Shown here one piece after another: positions 9,312 to 18,800 of a stretch of DNA of 64,000 bases. Below the pieces are notes generated by a model. That model ran no database searches, had not been told where the DNA came from, and saw nothing but the letters and a program-made list of their open reading frames with translations. Both the position numbers and the translations under genes were made by a program. Each line of letters starts with the position of its first letter. The stretch's first letter is position 1. The DNA comes from Chloroherpetonaceae bacterium (GTDB lineage Bacteria > Bacteroidota > Chlorobiia > Chlorobiales > Thermochlorobacteraceae), in assembly GCA_046292465.1 (NCBI GenBank), contig JBKBRB010000012.1, positions 7,282 through 71,281 on the forward strand. The letters run 5' to 3'.

Positions 9312-9782
9312 ATGACCCACGAAGCCTTGATGCGCGAAGCGATTCGGCTCTCGCTTGAAAATGTCAAAAACGGAACAGGTGGACCGTTTGCCGCGCTTGT
9401 CGCTCGCAACGGAGAAATTGTGGCTACAGGCACAAATCAAGTAACAACTTTGAACGACCCAACCGCCCACGCCGAAGTTACCGCCATTCGCAATGCGTGC
9501 CGCGCGCTTCAAACCTTTGAACTTCGTGGGTGCGACCTCTACACCACTTGTGAGCCATGTCCGATGTGCCTTGGCGCGATTTATTGGGCGCGACTCGAGC
9601 GCATTTACTTCGGCAACACTCGCATCGACGCCGCCAACATCGGCTTCGACGACGCGTTTATTTACGACGAAATTCCGCGCGACCTTTCCGCACGCAAAAT
9701 TCCCACACGGCAACTCTTGCGCGACGAAGCCCTCGCCGCGTTCCGCGCTTGGCAACAATCAACCACCAAAAAGCCATATTGA
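9312..9782 (+). CDS. CDA-fold nucleoside/guanine deaminase
   Basis: HAEVTAIRNA and PCPMCLGAI zinc-binding motifs. 156 aa, GuaD/TadA-like size. Confidence 0.85.
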   Translation: MTHEALMREAIRLSLENVKNGTGGPFAALVARNGEIVATGTNQVTTLNDPTAHAEVTAIRNACRALQTFELRGCDLYTTCEPCPMCLGAIYWARLERIYFGNTRIDAANIGFDDAFIYDEIPRDLSARKIPTRQLLRDEALAAFRAWQQSTTKKPY

Positions 9783-9788
9783 CTGGAC

Positions 9789-10412
9789 ATGCCTGCCATC
9801 GTTTTAGCCACACATAACCACGACAAAGTCAAAGAAATTGCTCACGCCTTGAATCAACTCTCGAGCATTCAGATTTATTCACTTGACGATTTGCCCGACT
9901 TGCCCGAAGTCATTGAGGACGCGCCCACGCTTGAAGGCAATGCGCTCAAAAAAGCGCGTGAAATTTATCGCTTTGCACAAGCGAAACTCAAAGACATCTT
10001 GGTGCTTGCCGATGATACAGGCTTGGAAGTTGATGCGCTGAACGGCGCGCCCGGCGTCTATTCCGCGCGCTACGCCGAAGCCGACTTAGGCAGAAAGCCC
10101 ACCTACGCCGAAAATGTCGAGAAACTGCTTCGCGACCTTTCAGGCAAGGCGAATCGCGCCGCGCGATTTCGAACCGTGATTGCGCTTGTTGGAACTTGGA
10201 ACGGAACATTCCTTGAAACCACTGTGGAAGGCGTTGCCGAAGGCGAGATTCTTACCGAGCCTTGTGGGACGAGCGGATTTGGATACGACCCCGTGTTCTT
10301 TTCAACCGATGCGCAGAAATCGTTTGCCGAACTTTCGCTCGACGAAAAAAATGCGGTGAGTCATCGTGGCAGAGCACTTCGGGCGGTTTTCGACTTGCTC
10401 ACCGAAGCGTGA
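9789..10412 (+). CDS. rdgB: dITP/XTP pyrophosphatase (RdgB/HAM1)
   Basis: IVLATHNxxKVKE, the DDTGLEVDALNGAPGVYSARY motif and GFGYDPVF. Confidence 0.9.
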   Translation: MPAIVLATHNHDKVKEIAHALNQLSSIQIYSLDDLPDLPEVIEDAPTLEGNALKKAREIYRFAQAKLKDILVLADDTGLEVDALNGAPGVYSARYAEADLGRKPTYAENVEKLLRDLSGKANRAARFRTVIALVGTWNGTFLETTVEGVAEGEILTEPCGTSGFGYDPVFFSTDAQKSFAELSLDEKNAVSHRGRALRAVFDLLTEA

Positions 10413-10499
10413 GCGATGATTTTGAAACAAAGCACCAATGAATATCGCCTAAATCGTTACATTTGCAAGCCAATTTTAACAAACGAACTCTTTTGAAAC

Positions 10500-11381
10500 A
10501 TGAGCGATACCCTCAATGCCGTCCAATTCGCCAAGCAAGCACTTTTGGATAGCGTGGAAAACGAGGCGGAATACAAGTCGGTTTTGAGCCGTCTTGACGC
10601 AAAACAACTCAAAGACCTTCAAAAACAGTATTGGGATTTTTTAATTGAAGAATCTCAAACGACGAAGAAGCCGATTTCGCGTGGCGACATTCTCGCGTGC
10701 TTGGAGCCAACGGCGAAGTATCAACAGCGCGCGCGATGCAAAGAGCCAGAAGGTTATTGCACGATTTCTATGTGTGTGCGCATCAACCCACAGTGTGCTA
10801 AAACGCGCATTTCTGAAATTATGCTGGCGATTCGTCCGCTCATCGTTTCATTGCTCAATGAGCGACCGGAATTGCGTCAACATTTCAAGCCGCCTGAAGT
10901 TGCACCCGCGCTTTCAGCGCCAATGCCCAACGTATTGAGCGAGCCGACACTTTTAGAAGAAAAACCGCTTGTGAGGCGCGAGCGCGTGCCCGAAGTCATT
11001 CCCGACACGGTGCGCCAAAAGTTTCAGAAGTATAAAGAGCATCTTGGCAGAATGATTGAGACCGAAGGGCTGGAACACGCGATTTTAATGAGCGAAGGCG
11101 GAACAATTTTAGTTCATGCGTCGTCGAAGCCACACGAGTTGGAAAAACTTTCCGCAACTGTCGGCGACGAAATTTTTGCCGTTACTGAACAAGGCGAAGC
11201 GGCACACTTGCATCATTTGCTAACCGTTACTAAAGAATACAGCGAAGGTGTGGTCGCCATTCGTTCAATTGGCAAAAAACTGTATCTTGTTGGCGTGTCG
11301 CGCATCGTGTTGCCTGCCAGAATTCATAGTTTAATAATTAAACTCGGCAACGAACTCTCAGAAGAAGTCTCTAACACTTAA
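10500..11381 (+). CDS. Hypothetical protein with a 4-Cys cluster and a C-terminal Roadblock/LC7 (MglB-like) domain
   Basis: Cys cluster CKEPEGYCTISMCVRINPQC. The C-terminal ~110 aa (GLEHAILMSEGGTILVHAS...VVAIRSIGKKLYLVGVS) looks Roadblock-like by eye. Confidence 0.4.
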   Translation: MSDTLNAVQFAKQALLDSVENEAEYKSVLSRLDAKQLKDLQKQYWDFLIEESQTTKKPISRGDILACLEPTAKYQQRARCKEPEGYCTISMCVRINPQCAKTRISEIMLAIRPLIVSLLNERPELRQHFKPPEVAPALSAPMPNVLSEPTLLEEKPLVRRERVPEVIPDTVRQKFQKYKEHLGRMIETEGLEHAILMSEGGTILVHASSKPHELEKLSATVGDEIFAVTEQGEAAHLHHLLTVTKEYSEGVVAIRSIGKKLYLVGVSRIVLPARIHSLIIKLGNELSEEVSNT

Positions 11382-11395
11382 TCATCGTATTATCA

Positions 11396-11731
11396 ATGAA
11401 ATACACCGAGTCGGAACAAAACGGCGTTGTAATTTTGCACCTTAAAGGAGATTTGCTTGGCGGCAGCGATATTGCCGAGTTCAAAGAAAAATTGAAATCG
11501 CTTCTCGATGCGGGCAAGAAAAACATTCTCATCGATATGAGCGATGTTACATATGTTAATTCCTCGGGCATTGGCATGTTGATTGCGGGCATGACAACGG
11601 TTGTGCAAGCGGGCGGAAAGTTCAAAATTTGCAACATTGAAAAAAACATCAAGAACGTCTTCGTCATCACCAACCTCGTCAAGGTCTTCGACACGTTCAA
11701 CACGGTCGATGAAGCGATTGCGACCTTTTAG
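11396..11731 (+). CDS. STAS-domain anti-sigma-factor antagonist (SpoIIAA/RsbV-like)
   Basis: 111 aa. ILIDMSDVTYVNSSGIGMLI with the conserved phosphorylatable Ser context. Starts 14 nt after the preceding gene. Confidence 0.85.
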   Translation: MKYTESEQNGVVILHLKGDLLGGSDIAEFKEKLKSLLDAGKKNILIDMSDVTYVNSSGIGMLIAGMTTVVQAGGKFKICNIEKNIKNVFVITNLVKVFDTFNTVDEAIATF

Positions 11732-11834
11732 CGATTTGCACGCATCGTCAATCCTAAAAAGACGTAAGGCACGGAGCGAGACAATTGGCGTCCCCCGTTC
11801 AAAGTTTATTTGACAACCTTAACTTTTTACTGCA

Positions 11835-13145
11835 TTGACACACGTAATTAAACAGATAGGCTCTACGGAGCAAGAAATGACGCTCACGCTTGAGCCGTCA
11901 GAGTATCAACCGAAGCTCGACGAAAACTATAAACTCGCACAAGCCAACGTTCAAGTCAAAGGCTTTCGCAAAGGCAAAGTGCCGATGCACATGGTCAAAC
12001 GCCTTGTTGGCAAAGAAATTGAGTCCGAAACCGTTGAAACGCTGGCGAGTGAAATGTTCTCAAAAGTTGCAGCGGAGCAAAAGTTGAAACTCGTCGGACG
12101 CGCGCGCATTCGCCACTTCGAATTCACCGACGATAAACTGCTGAACATCTACTTGATGTATGAAGTCCAACCCGAATTTGACCTCGCGCCTTACAAAGAC
12201 TACGCGTTCAAGAAGGCGGAGTATCAAATTACACCAGAAGACATTGAGCGCGAAGTAAAAAACATTTTGAGAGAACAAGGCGTGTGGATGAGTAAAGACG
12301 GCGAAGCGACGGAAGACGATTTAGTCGTTGCCGATTCGCAAGAGTTGGACGCAAACGGTATGCCGATTATCGGAAGACGGTTTGAAAATCAAGAGATTGT
12401 GCTACGAATGATTCGCAAGGAATCCCCCTTGCGTGCAGCACTAACGGGCGTGAAAGCAGGAGACGAGCGCATTGTTGAACTCAAATCCAACGACGCCAAT
12501 CAGCCAAACGTGTCTAAACAATACAAGTTCTACATCAAAGAAGTCAAGCAATTAGACCTGCCCGAGCTCACCGACGACCTTGCCAAAGAACTCACCCAAG
12601 GGCATCTGCAAACCGCAGCAGAGTTCAGAGCCGATATTGAGTCGCGCCTTAAAGCCACCTTCAAACGCAAAGCCGAAGAGGATTTGCTCGAAGAAATTGC
12701 TAAAAAATTTATTGAGGACAATCCCATTGAAGTGCCACAAACCATGATTCGCTCCTTTGAGGATATGATCATTGAAAATGCAGCGCGGCAACTCGGCGGA
12801 AAATTCCCGAAAGGCTTCGATATACAAGCCTTCCGACGTGAAATCAGCCAGAATGCGAAACGCCAAGCACAGTGGGCGCTTATTCGCCACAAACTCGCCG
12901 AAGTTATCGGCATTAAAATCGACGAGCAAAGCATACGCGACATCGCCGAAGCCGACGCCAAAGAAATGGGCATCGACAACCCCGACCAAGTGCTTCAAGC
13001 CTATCTCAAAGAAGACATGCAGAACTACATCATTGAGCGTGCAATGCGAGAAAAACTTTTTGCCTACCTTACCTCGACTTTGAAAATTACACCTGAACCC
13101 AAGCGTATTTCTGACACGATGATGAGCGAAGAAGTTGTCAGCTAA
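11835..13145 (+). CDS. tig: Trigger factor
   Basis: The N-terminal ribosome-binding signature GFRKGKVP is in the expected position. 436 aa. TTG start as in the track. Confidence 0.85.
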   Translation: MTHVIKQIGSTEQEMTLTLEPSEYQPKLDENYKLAQANVQVKGFRKGKVPMHMVKRLVGKEIESETVETLASEMFSKVAAEQKLKLVGRARIRHFEFTDDKLLNIYLMYEVQPEFDLAPYKDYAFKKAEYQITPEDIEREVKNILREQGVWMSKDGEATEDDLVVADSQELDANGMPIIGRRFENQEIVLRMIRKESPLRAALTGVKAGDERIVELKSNDANQPNVSKQYKFYIKEVKQLDLPELTDDLAKELTQGHLQTAAEFRADIESRLKATFKRKAEEDLLEEIAKKFIEDNPIEVPQTMIRSFEDMIIENAARQLGGKFPKGFDIQAFRREISQNAKRQAQWALIRHKLAEVIGIKIDEQSIRDIAEADAKEMGIDNPDQVLQAYLKEDMQNYIIERAMREKLFAYLTSTLKITPEPKRISDTMMSEEVVS

Positions 13146-13167
13146 CTCAACAGCCACAAGAAATCAT

Positions 13168-13198
13168 AAGGCAATGTGTATGGCTCACATTGCCTTTT
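13168..13198. terminator. Bidirectional terminator between convergent tig and meaB
   Basis: AAGGCAATGTG-tatggct-CACATTGCCTT (11 bp) followed by TT. Confidence 0.6.
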
Positions 13199-13203
13199 CC
13201 GTT

Positions 13204-14241
13204 TCACTCGTTAGACGCCAACGATTGTGAGTAAAAAGTTTTGAGCAAATCTTTGGCAGCGCGAAACGGACTTAACTCACCTTTGCGCACCGCGCTTTCT
13301 AACTCATGCAATCTCGATTTAATCTGTTCAGAGTTGTAAAAGCGCAGTAAGAGTTCATATTCCAGCGTCTGACGAAGCCAATACGCCGCTTGTGTTTCGC
13401 GCTTTCGCTCCATCCACCCATTTTCCATCATTTTCTTTTCAAAGTCAAAAATGATGTCGCGCACTTCTAAAATGCCGTCGCCGGTTAATGCCGAGCAGGT
13501 CAGCGTTTTCGGAATCCAACCATTTGGATTAGGCGGAAACAGATGCAGGGCTTGTTGGTATTCTTGTTGGGCGAGTTTGGCTTTGGTGAGGTTTGCGCCA
13601 TCGGCTTTGTTGATGGCAATTAAATCAGCCATTTCCATAATGCCGCGCTTAATCCCTTGCAATTCGTCGCCCGCACCTGCAAGCATGAGCAAGAGGAAAA
13701 AGTCGGTCATGGAATGAACGGCAACTTCGGACTGCCCGACGCCGACCGTTTCAACAATCACCGCATTGTAGCCTGCCGCTTCGCACAGGAGCATCGCTTC
13801 GCGCGTTTTAGGTGCAATGCCCCCCAGCGAGCCCGACGATGGCGACGGACGAATAAATGCCTGCTCATGCGTTGAGAGTTTTTCCATTCGAGTTTTATCG
13901 CCTAAAATGCTTCCGCGCGATTTTTCGCTTGTTGGGTCAATGGCTAACACTGCCACGCGCCGCCCTGCTTCAATGAGCGACAGTCCAAAGGCTTCAATGA
14001 ATGTGCTTTTGCCCACGCCCGGCACGCCCGTAATCCCAATGCGAATCGACTTGCCGCTATGCTTCAAACACGTCCCAACAACTTCTTCGGCAATCGCTTG
14101 ATGCTCAGCACGATGGCTCTCTACAAGCGTAATTGCGCGCGAGAGCACGGTCCGATTCCCGTTCAAAATGCCTTCCACATACTCCGACGGTGAGAGGAGC
14201 GGTTTTCGCTTGGCAACAAATGACGATTGAGGTTCTGACAC
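13204..14241 (-). CDS. meaB: Methylmalonyl-CoA mutase-associated GTPase MeaB/ArgK
   Basis: GITGVPGVGKSTFIEAFG P-loop, VETVGVGQSE, INKAD. 345 aa. Confidence 0.9.
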   Translation of the reverse strand: MSEPQSSFVAKRKPLLSPSEYVEGILNGNRTVLSRAITLVESHRAEHQAIAEEVVGTCLKHSGKSIRIGITGVPGVGKSTFIEAFGLSLIEAGRRVAVLAIDPTSEKSRGSILGDKTRMEKLSTHEQAFIRPSPSSGSLGGIAPKTREAMLLCEAAGYNAVIVETVGVGQSEVAVHSMTDFFLLLMLAGAGDELQGIKRGIMEMADLIAINKADGANLTKAKLAQQEYQQALHLFPPNPNGWIPKTLTCSALTGDGILEVRDIIFDFEKKMMENGWMERKRETQAAYWLRQTLEYELLLRFYNSEQIKSRLHELESAVRKGELSPFRAAKDLLKTFYSQSLASNE

Positions 14242-14407
14242 TGCAAATGTTTGTTTGAGATTCTTTCGTCGAAGTTACCGCTTTTTGAGAGAGATATTCA
14301 ACCAACGAAATGAATAGTGAAGAATGAACAATGAAAAGTTGCTTTGCGATGGATTCTTTGCGCCGCTCGGTGTGGCGCAGAAGGGCGATGAACGAATGAA
14401 GGAGCAA

Positions 14408-14908
14408 TTACTCGATGAACACGTCGCCGTAGGTGATGATGTTTCCAGCAACGTCAATAACGCGCACGCGGAAGAGCCGTCCGCGCAGGTCGGCGAGGTT
14501 GCGGTTCGGGGAGATTTTCACGAGGTCAATCAGGTAATTTTTCGCGCCGAAGTTCGGCACATTCACATCGGTCTCGAGAATGACGGGATAATTGACGGGA
14601 AAGCCGTCGCGCGTGATGCCGAGAAAATCAAGTCGCGGAAATCCGACCGTCGAGGAAAATTGCATGGTCAGTTGCACTTGCCCGTTGCGCGTTGGATTGG
14701 GAAACGCGACTTGGGAAATTTGCACTTCGCCCGCAAAGCGTGCAGCGATGCGCCAATCGTTCGGGTCTTCGCTTAAAATCTGTCCGTTTTGATTGGTGCG
14801 CGTGAAGTTTTCGATTGGGTCATCTTCGGTATCTGGCTCTCCGCAAGAAAACAGCATGAGCAAACCAAGAAGCATAATCCCTTTTGAGAAAAGGCGATAA
14901 ACGGTCAT
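14408..14908 (-). CDS. Small lipoprotein, unknown function
   Basis: Signal plus lipobox LLMLFSCG. Its start overlaps the stop of the upstream kinase (ATGA at 14905-14908). Confidence 0.6.
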   Translation of the reverse strand: MTVYRLFSKGIMLLGLLMLFSCGEPDTEDDPIENFTRTNQNGQILSEDPNDWRIAARFAGEVQISQVAFPNPTRNGQVQLTMQFSSTVGFPRLDFLGITRDGFPVNYPVILETDVNVPNFGAKNYLIDLVKISPNRNLADLRGRLFRVRVIDVAGNIITYGDVFIE

Positions 14909-15969
14909 TCGGATTCAGATGTGCTTTTAGGCAAGATGGGCAACTCGACGATAAATGTCGCCCCTTTCTCTTTTCCCTCCGACTCTGCCCACAATTTTCC
15001 GTTGTGCAGTTCAACAAGTTGTTTAGCAATAGAAAGTCCCAACCCTGTTGAGGATTCGCCGCCGGTGGGTCTTGCCGACAGGCGTTGAAAGCGTCCGAAT
15101 AGTTTCTTCATATCGTCTTCGGTTAGCCCTTGCCCTTCGTCGCGCACCGTAAATCGAATAACGGGCAGTTGCTCATCGCTCGATAGCGTGCGAAAGATGC
15201 GAATCCAAATTGTCTTACCGATTGCGCTGTATTTAATGGCGTTGCTCACAAGGTTATCGAAGACTTCGCGAATGCGCTCGGCATCAACTTCGGCAATGCA
15301 GTCGGGTTCGGCGTGGAAGTCAATGCGCTGTTCTTTTTGGTTGGCTTGTTGAAGATTAGCGGCAAGCACGAAGGAAGCAAGTTCGCCGAGACTGCATGGA
15401 AAGCGATGGAGCGTGAGTTTACCTGCATCAATCGCCGTCGTGTTTAGAAGTTCATTGATGAGTTTGAACATGCGTTGCGCGGCGTTCTGAATCGTCGTGG
15501 CATACTTTTGCATATCGGCAGGTCTTTCCGCACATTCTTGTATTAAGGAAGCAAATCCGATGATCGATTGAAGCGGATTTTTGAGGTCGTGTGCGGCGAT
15601 AGAGAGCAGTTCGGTTTTGAATCGGCTAGCTTCTTCGGCACGGCGTTTTTCGGCTTCGGCGATGCTGAGGGCACGGGCGAGTTCGGCGTTGAGCGCGTTC
15701 AGGGCTTCTTGGGTGCGGCGCAATTTGAGCTGCGTGCTATCGCTGATGCGCGTAATTTTCGCCGTTTGTTGAAGCAGTTTCTCGTAGTGTTCAATGAGCG
15801 TCTCGTATTCGTTTTGAAGGTCTTTTTTGGAAATGGAAGCCTGTGAGGCGATTGCCCGCGCTCGTTTGGCAAATTCCATTTCGGCTTGAAAGACGCTTTC
15901 GGCGTCTCGCTCGCTGATTTTCTTTTCTCGCTGAGATTTCGGCAAGGCTTCGCTTGGTTTTATTGTCAT
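14905..15969 (-). CDS. Soluble histidine kinase (coiled-coil N-terminus, HisKA + HATPase_c, no sensor or TM domain)
   Basis: H-box FKTELLSIAAHDLKNPL, N-box DNLVSNAIKYS, G-boxes DEGQGL and GLGLSI. The first ~110 aa are predicted helical/coiled-coil. Confidence 0.9.
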   Translation of the reverse strand: MTIKPSEALPKSQREKKISERDAESVFQAEMEFAKRARAIASQASISKKDLQNEYETLIEHYEKLLQQTAKITRISDSTQLKLRRTQEALNALNAELARALSIAEAEKRRAEEASRFKTELLSIAAHDLKNPLQSIIGFASLIQECAERPADMQKYATTIQNAAQRMFKLINELLNTTAIDAGKLTLHRFPCSLGELASFVLAANLQQANQKEQRIDFHAEPDCIAEVDAERIREVFDNLVSNAIKYSAIGKTIWIRIFRTLSSDEQLPVIRFTVRDEGQGLTEDDMKKLFGRFQRLSARPTGGESSTGLGLSIAKQLVELHNGKLWAESEGKEKGATFIVELPILPKSTSESE

Positions 15970-16043
15970 TCATCGCAAGAGGCATACTTTTTCAGACCGT
16001 GTGCCTCTTGTTACTTGGCGTTATTTTCATCAATACGATTTCA

Positions 16044-16418
16044 TCAATACGCTACAAGGCTAAACGGAAGATTAATGTCTTGCGCAAATTCTTCGCCGCT
16101 TTCCTGCATGTCTTCGTCGTCTTGTCGGTAATGCCATATCACTTCAATTTTTCTGCCTTTGGCATGTGCGGATTCCAAAAGGCTGAGCATATCTAAAATG
16201 CACTTTGAAGTGCTAGTGTTGAAGTAAGAGAATTTAAAGTTCATCACAATCGGTTGTGTGGATTCAGAAAGATATTGATTGAGCCAATCGAGAACTTGCT
16301 GATAAAACTGCATGGCAGAGTCGGGATAGGATTCTCCCGTGATATTGAGCACGCCAGTTTGTACGTCAAAGTTAATGCTGGGCGTGGTTTTCGTCTCGGC
16401 AATCGTGAGATTGGTCAT
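16044..16418 (-). CDS. DUF1987 protein (SiaC-like partner-switch phosphoprotein)
   Basis: 124 aa. INFDxxTGxLxIxGESYPD and FKFSYFNTSTSK, the motif bearing the phospho-Thr in P. aeruginosa SiaC. Confidence 0.8.
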   Translation of the reverse strand: MTNLTIAETKTTPSINFDVQTGVLNITGESYPDSAMQFYQQVLDWLNQYLSESTQPIVMNFKFSYFNTSTSKCILDMLSLLESAHAKGRKIEVIWHYRQDDEDMQESGEEFAQDINLPFSLVAY

Positions 16419-16443
16419 AAAAATTTTGAATCGAGTTTGAGGT

Positions 16444-16992
16444 TTATTTAGCAGTCTTGCAGATGCTGACGTTTAGGGTGAAAAACGACTTATCGTCCGT
16501 GAGCGGTTGCAGGCTGAACTCCAATGGTTTATCGGATTTTCGCGCCATGTCGATGAGCCCCAGTCCGGCGCCCTTGCTTCCTTCGGGCGGCATTTGCTTA
16601 CGGCGTTCTTGGTAGAGTTTCTTTAACTTGTCTTTCGTGAGCGCGTTGAGGTAGCGACAATGGGCTTCCAAACGCTCGGCATCGGCGTTGGTTACCGCAT
16701 TTCCGGAACTGATGGAATACATTTCTTCTTGCTCGCTAATAACAATAACGCCAACCCCAACTTCCTTGCCAATGTGTTGCAGCAAATCTTTTTCTGCCGA
16801 GTAGTGCAAGATGTTTTGCGCCATTTCCACGAACACGGCGAAAATGCGTTGGATTTTGTCGTCGTGTCGGAGTTGGTTGCGGACCAGCGAACCCAATTCA
16901 ACTAAGAGTTCTTGTGAAATCGCGCCTTTGAACGTCATCAAAATGCGCGACTTGTTCATGTCGTTGTAGTATTTGAGCAAGTCAAAGGACAT
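16444..16992 (-). CDS. SiaB-family protein kinase (GHKL-like, anti-sigma-kinase fold)
   Basis: 182 aa. ILMTFKGAISQELL, VEMAQNILHYS, KGAGLGLIDMARKS. Size and motifs match the SiaB family. Lies immediately upstream of the DUF1987 gene. Confidence 0.75.
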   Translation of the reverse strand: MSFDLLKYYNDMNKSRILMTFKGAISQELLVELGSLVRNQLRHDDKIQRIFAVFVEMAQNILHYSAEKDLLQHIGKEVGVGVIVISEQEEMYSISSGNAVTNADAERLEAHCRYLNALTKDKLKKLYQERRKQMPPEGSKGAGLGLIDMARKSDKPLEFSLQPLTDDKSFFTLNVSICKTAK

Positions 16993-17151
16993 CGTTATCC
17001 GAGAAACATTTTTGAAAATAAATGTTTGAAATTACGTTTTTCAACTGACTTTTGCGGGAAGAAATAAAACCGCATGGAGTCGAGAATTTTTTGCACCTTG
17101 CTTTCTAAAAGTCGTGCGAATTGTTTTTGCTGCAATCTTTCCGTTTTTGTT

Positions 17152-18252
17152 ATGAGTGAGACGCCAAACGCCTCGTCGGAGCAATCTTCAAATCAATCCA
17201 ATCTTCCGCCAGAGCAACTTCCTGATTTGCCGGTTGGCAGTGATGCTTCGGGCGGAATTTTTCCGAATCGGAATCGCGGATGCGCTATTACGTTTGTTGT
17301 AATTGTCGTTCTCTTTTTTGGGTGGCTCGCGCTTCTTGTCAATCTACCGGCTTCGCGCCCTGATTCTGAACCGCTATCCCCGTATTTGCAAAAAAAGTTC
17401 GACGCCTTGCCGCTCGGCGCAAATGTGATTGCGTTTATCAACCTTCACGCCATTCGCCAAACCGATTTTTGGAACACGTTTCTTCCCGACAGCATCAAAA
17501 CCAAACCGCTTGTTTCCGATTCAAGCACGGTTGGCAAATTGATGCGCCTCGCCGATTTCAATCTCACGCGCGACACTGATACGCTCATCTACGCTGCTGT
17601 CAATCGGCTCGATGCGCCTGAACTGACCTTCGCCGTCCTTCTCGCTTCTTTCGACACGGCAAAAGTTTTCAGAGGGTTGTCGCTCTTTGCCAAAGAACGT
17701 AAATCCATTTCGCCGATGCACACTGCATTTCGCCTTGACGAACAGCAATGGATGAGTTTCATTTCGGCAACGGAACTTGTCATTGCAAACGATGTGAGTT
17801 TGATTGAGCGATATATCGCGCCACAAGAAAGTTTCTTTGCCGCCGATACCGTTATGAAGCCGCTTCTTGATGAAGTGCGCTATAAGTCGCAGTTGTGGTT
17901 GGCTCTTGGCTCAACGCGCTGGGCGATGGAAGCCTTGCGCGGCTTAACTGCATCGAGCGAGGGGCTTTCCGAATCAGGCAACATCAGCAAGATTGAGCGG
18001 CTCACCCTTTGCACGCAATTCTCTGACGGAGTTGCCGTCGAGACCGTTTGGCACTACGACTCACGCACGAGCGCGTTTTTTGCGGGGGGATTAATTCGAC
18101 TTGCCGCATGGGTTTCAAAGCAGTTTAGCCAACGGCAAAGCCAAGCCATCAAGAAGATTCTGGCTGAATTGAAAATTACGCAAAATTTAGAAACGCTGAT
18201 TTTCGAAGCCGATATTGAGCGCACCTTGCTCAATGAACTGCGAAGCAATTAG
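17152..18252 (+). CDS. Hypothetical membrane-anchored protein
   Basis: Ser/Pro-rich N-terminus, one TM segment (ITFVVIVVLFFGWLALLV), then ~300 aa of unknown fold. Start moved to ATG 17152. Confidence 0.5.
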   Translation: MSETPNASSEQSSNQSNLPPEQLPDLPVGSDASGGIFPNRNRGCAITFVVIVVLFFGWLALLVNLPASRPDSEPLSPYLQKKFDALPLGANVIAFINLHAIRQTDFWNTFLPDSIKTKPLVSDSSTVGKLMRLADFNLTRDTDTLIYAAVNRLDAPELTFAVLLASFDTAKVFRGLSLFAKERKSISPMHTAFRLDEQQWMSFISATELVIANDVSLIERYIAPQESFFAADTVMKPLLDEVRYKSQLWLALGSTRWAMEALRGLTASSEGLSESGNISKIERLTLCTQFSDGVAVETVWHYDSRTSAFFAGGLIRLAAWVSKQFSQRQSQAIKKILAELKITQNLETLIFEADIERTLLNELRSN

Positions 18253-18274
18253 GTCTGCACAAATAAGCCTTGTG

Positions 18275-18742
18275 TTAAACCTTAATGCTAGCAATCACTT
18301 CTACCTCGACGCTCGCTGAGAGTGGCAGTTCGGCAACGCCTACCGCACTGCGCGCGTGCCGTCCATTTTCACCAAAGACTTCCTGAAAAAACTCTGACGC
18401 GCCATTGGCGACAAATGGCTGTTCTGAAAATCCGCTTTCGCTGGCGACGAAGACCGTTACCTTCACGATGCGCTCAATTTTTTCAACGTCGCCCGCGCAT
18501 GCCGCTATCGCTGCAAGCGCATTGATGGCACATTGCCGAGCCGCCATTTTCGCCTCTTCTTTTGTAACCGCACGCCCAACCTTGCCCTTTCCGCCTGAGA
18601 CGAGCACGCCATCGGCGAGCGGCAACTGCCCCGACGAATAAATCAAATTTCCAAGTTGAACCGCAGGAAGATATGCCGCCAGCGGCTTCGGCGGCACAGG
18701 CAACACCACGCCAAGCGCGGCGAGCGTTTCTTTTATTGACAT
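18275..18742 (-). CDS. RidA/YjgF family protein
   Basis: The ...SGQLPL..., CAINAL, VKVTVFV and SAVGVAELPLxxxVEVE motifs. Start set to ATG 18742 (MSIKETLAALG). Confidence 0.85.
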   Translation of the reverse strand: MSIKETLAALGVVLPVPPKPLAAYLPAVQLGNLIYSSGQLPLADGVLVSGGKGKVGRAVTKEEAKMAARQCAINALAAIAACAGDVEKIERIVKVTVFVASESGFSEQPFVANGASEFFQEVFGENGRHARSAVGVAELPLSASVEVEVIASIKV

Positions 18743-18781
18743 GTTAGAATCCTTGTTTGAAAAAGCCTGACATAAAAAACT

Positions 18782-18800
18782 AAACACGCATCAAGTGTTT
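18782..18800 (-). terminator. Possible weak terminator after the TPR kinase gene
   Basis: Minus strand reads AAACAC-ttgatgc-GTGTTT followed by AGTTTTTTAT, directly after the stop at 18801-18803. The stem is AT-rich. Confidence 0.35.

Noticed and set aside
12552-13157. 201-aa minus-strand ORF opposite tig. Similar long antisense ORFs occur at 42329..42919 (opposite fhs), 8009..8545, 19002..19538 and 36702..37148.
   Set aside because: Each one mirrors a strongly supported gene on the other strand. None has recognisable motifs. This is typical antisense open frame in mid-GC DNA.
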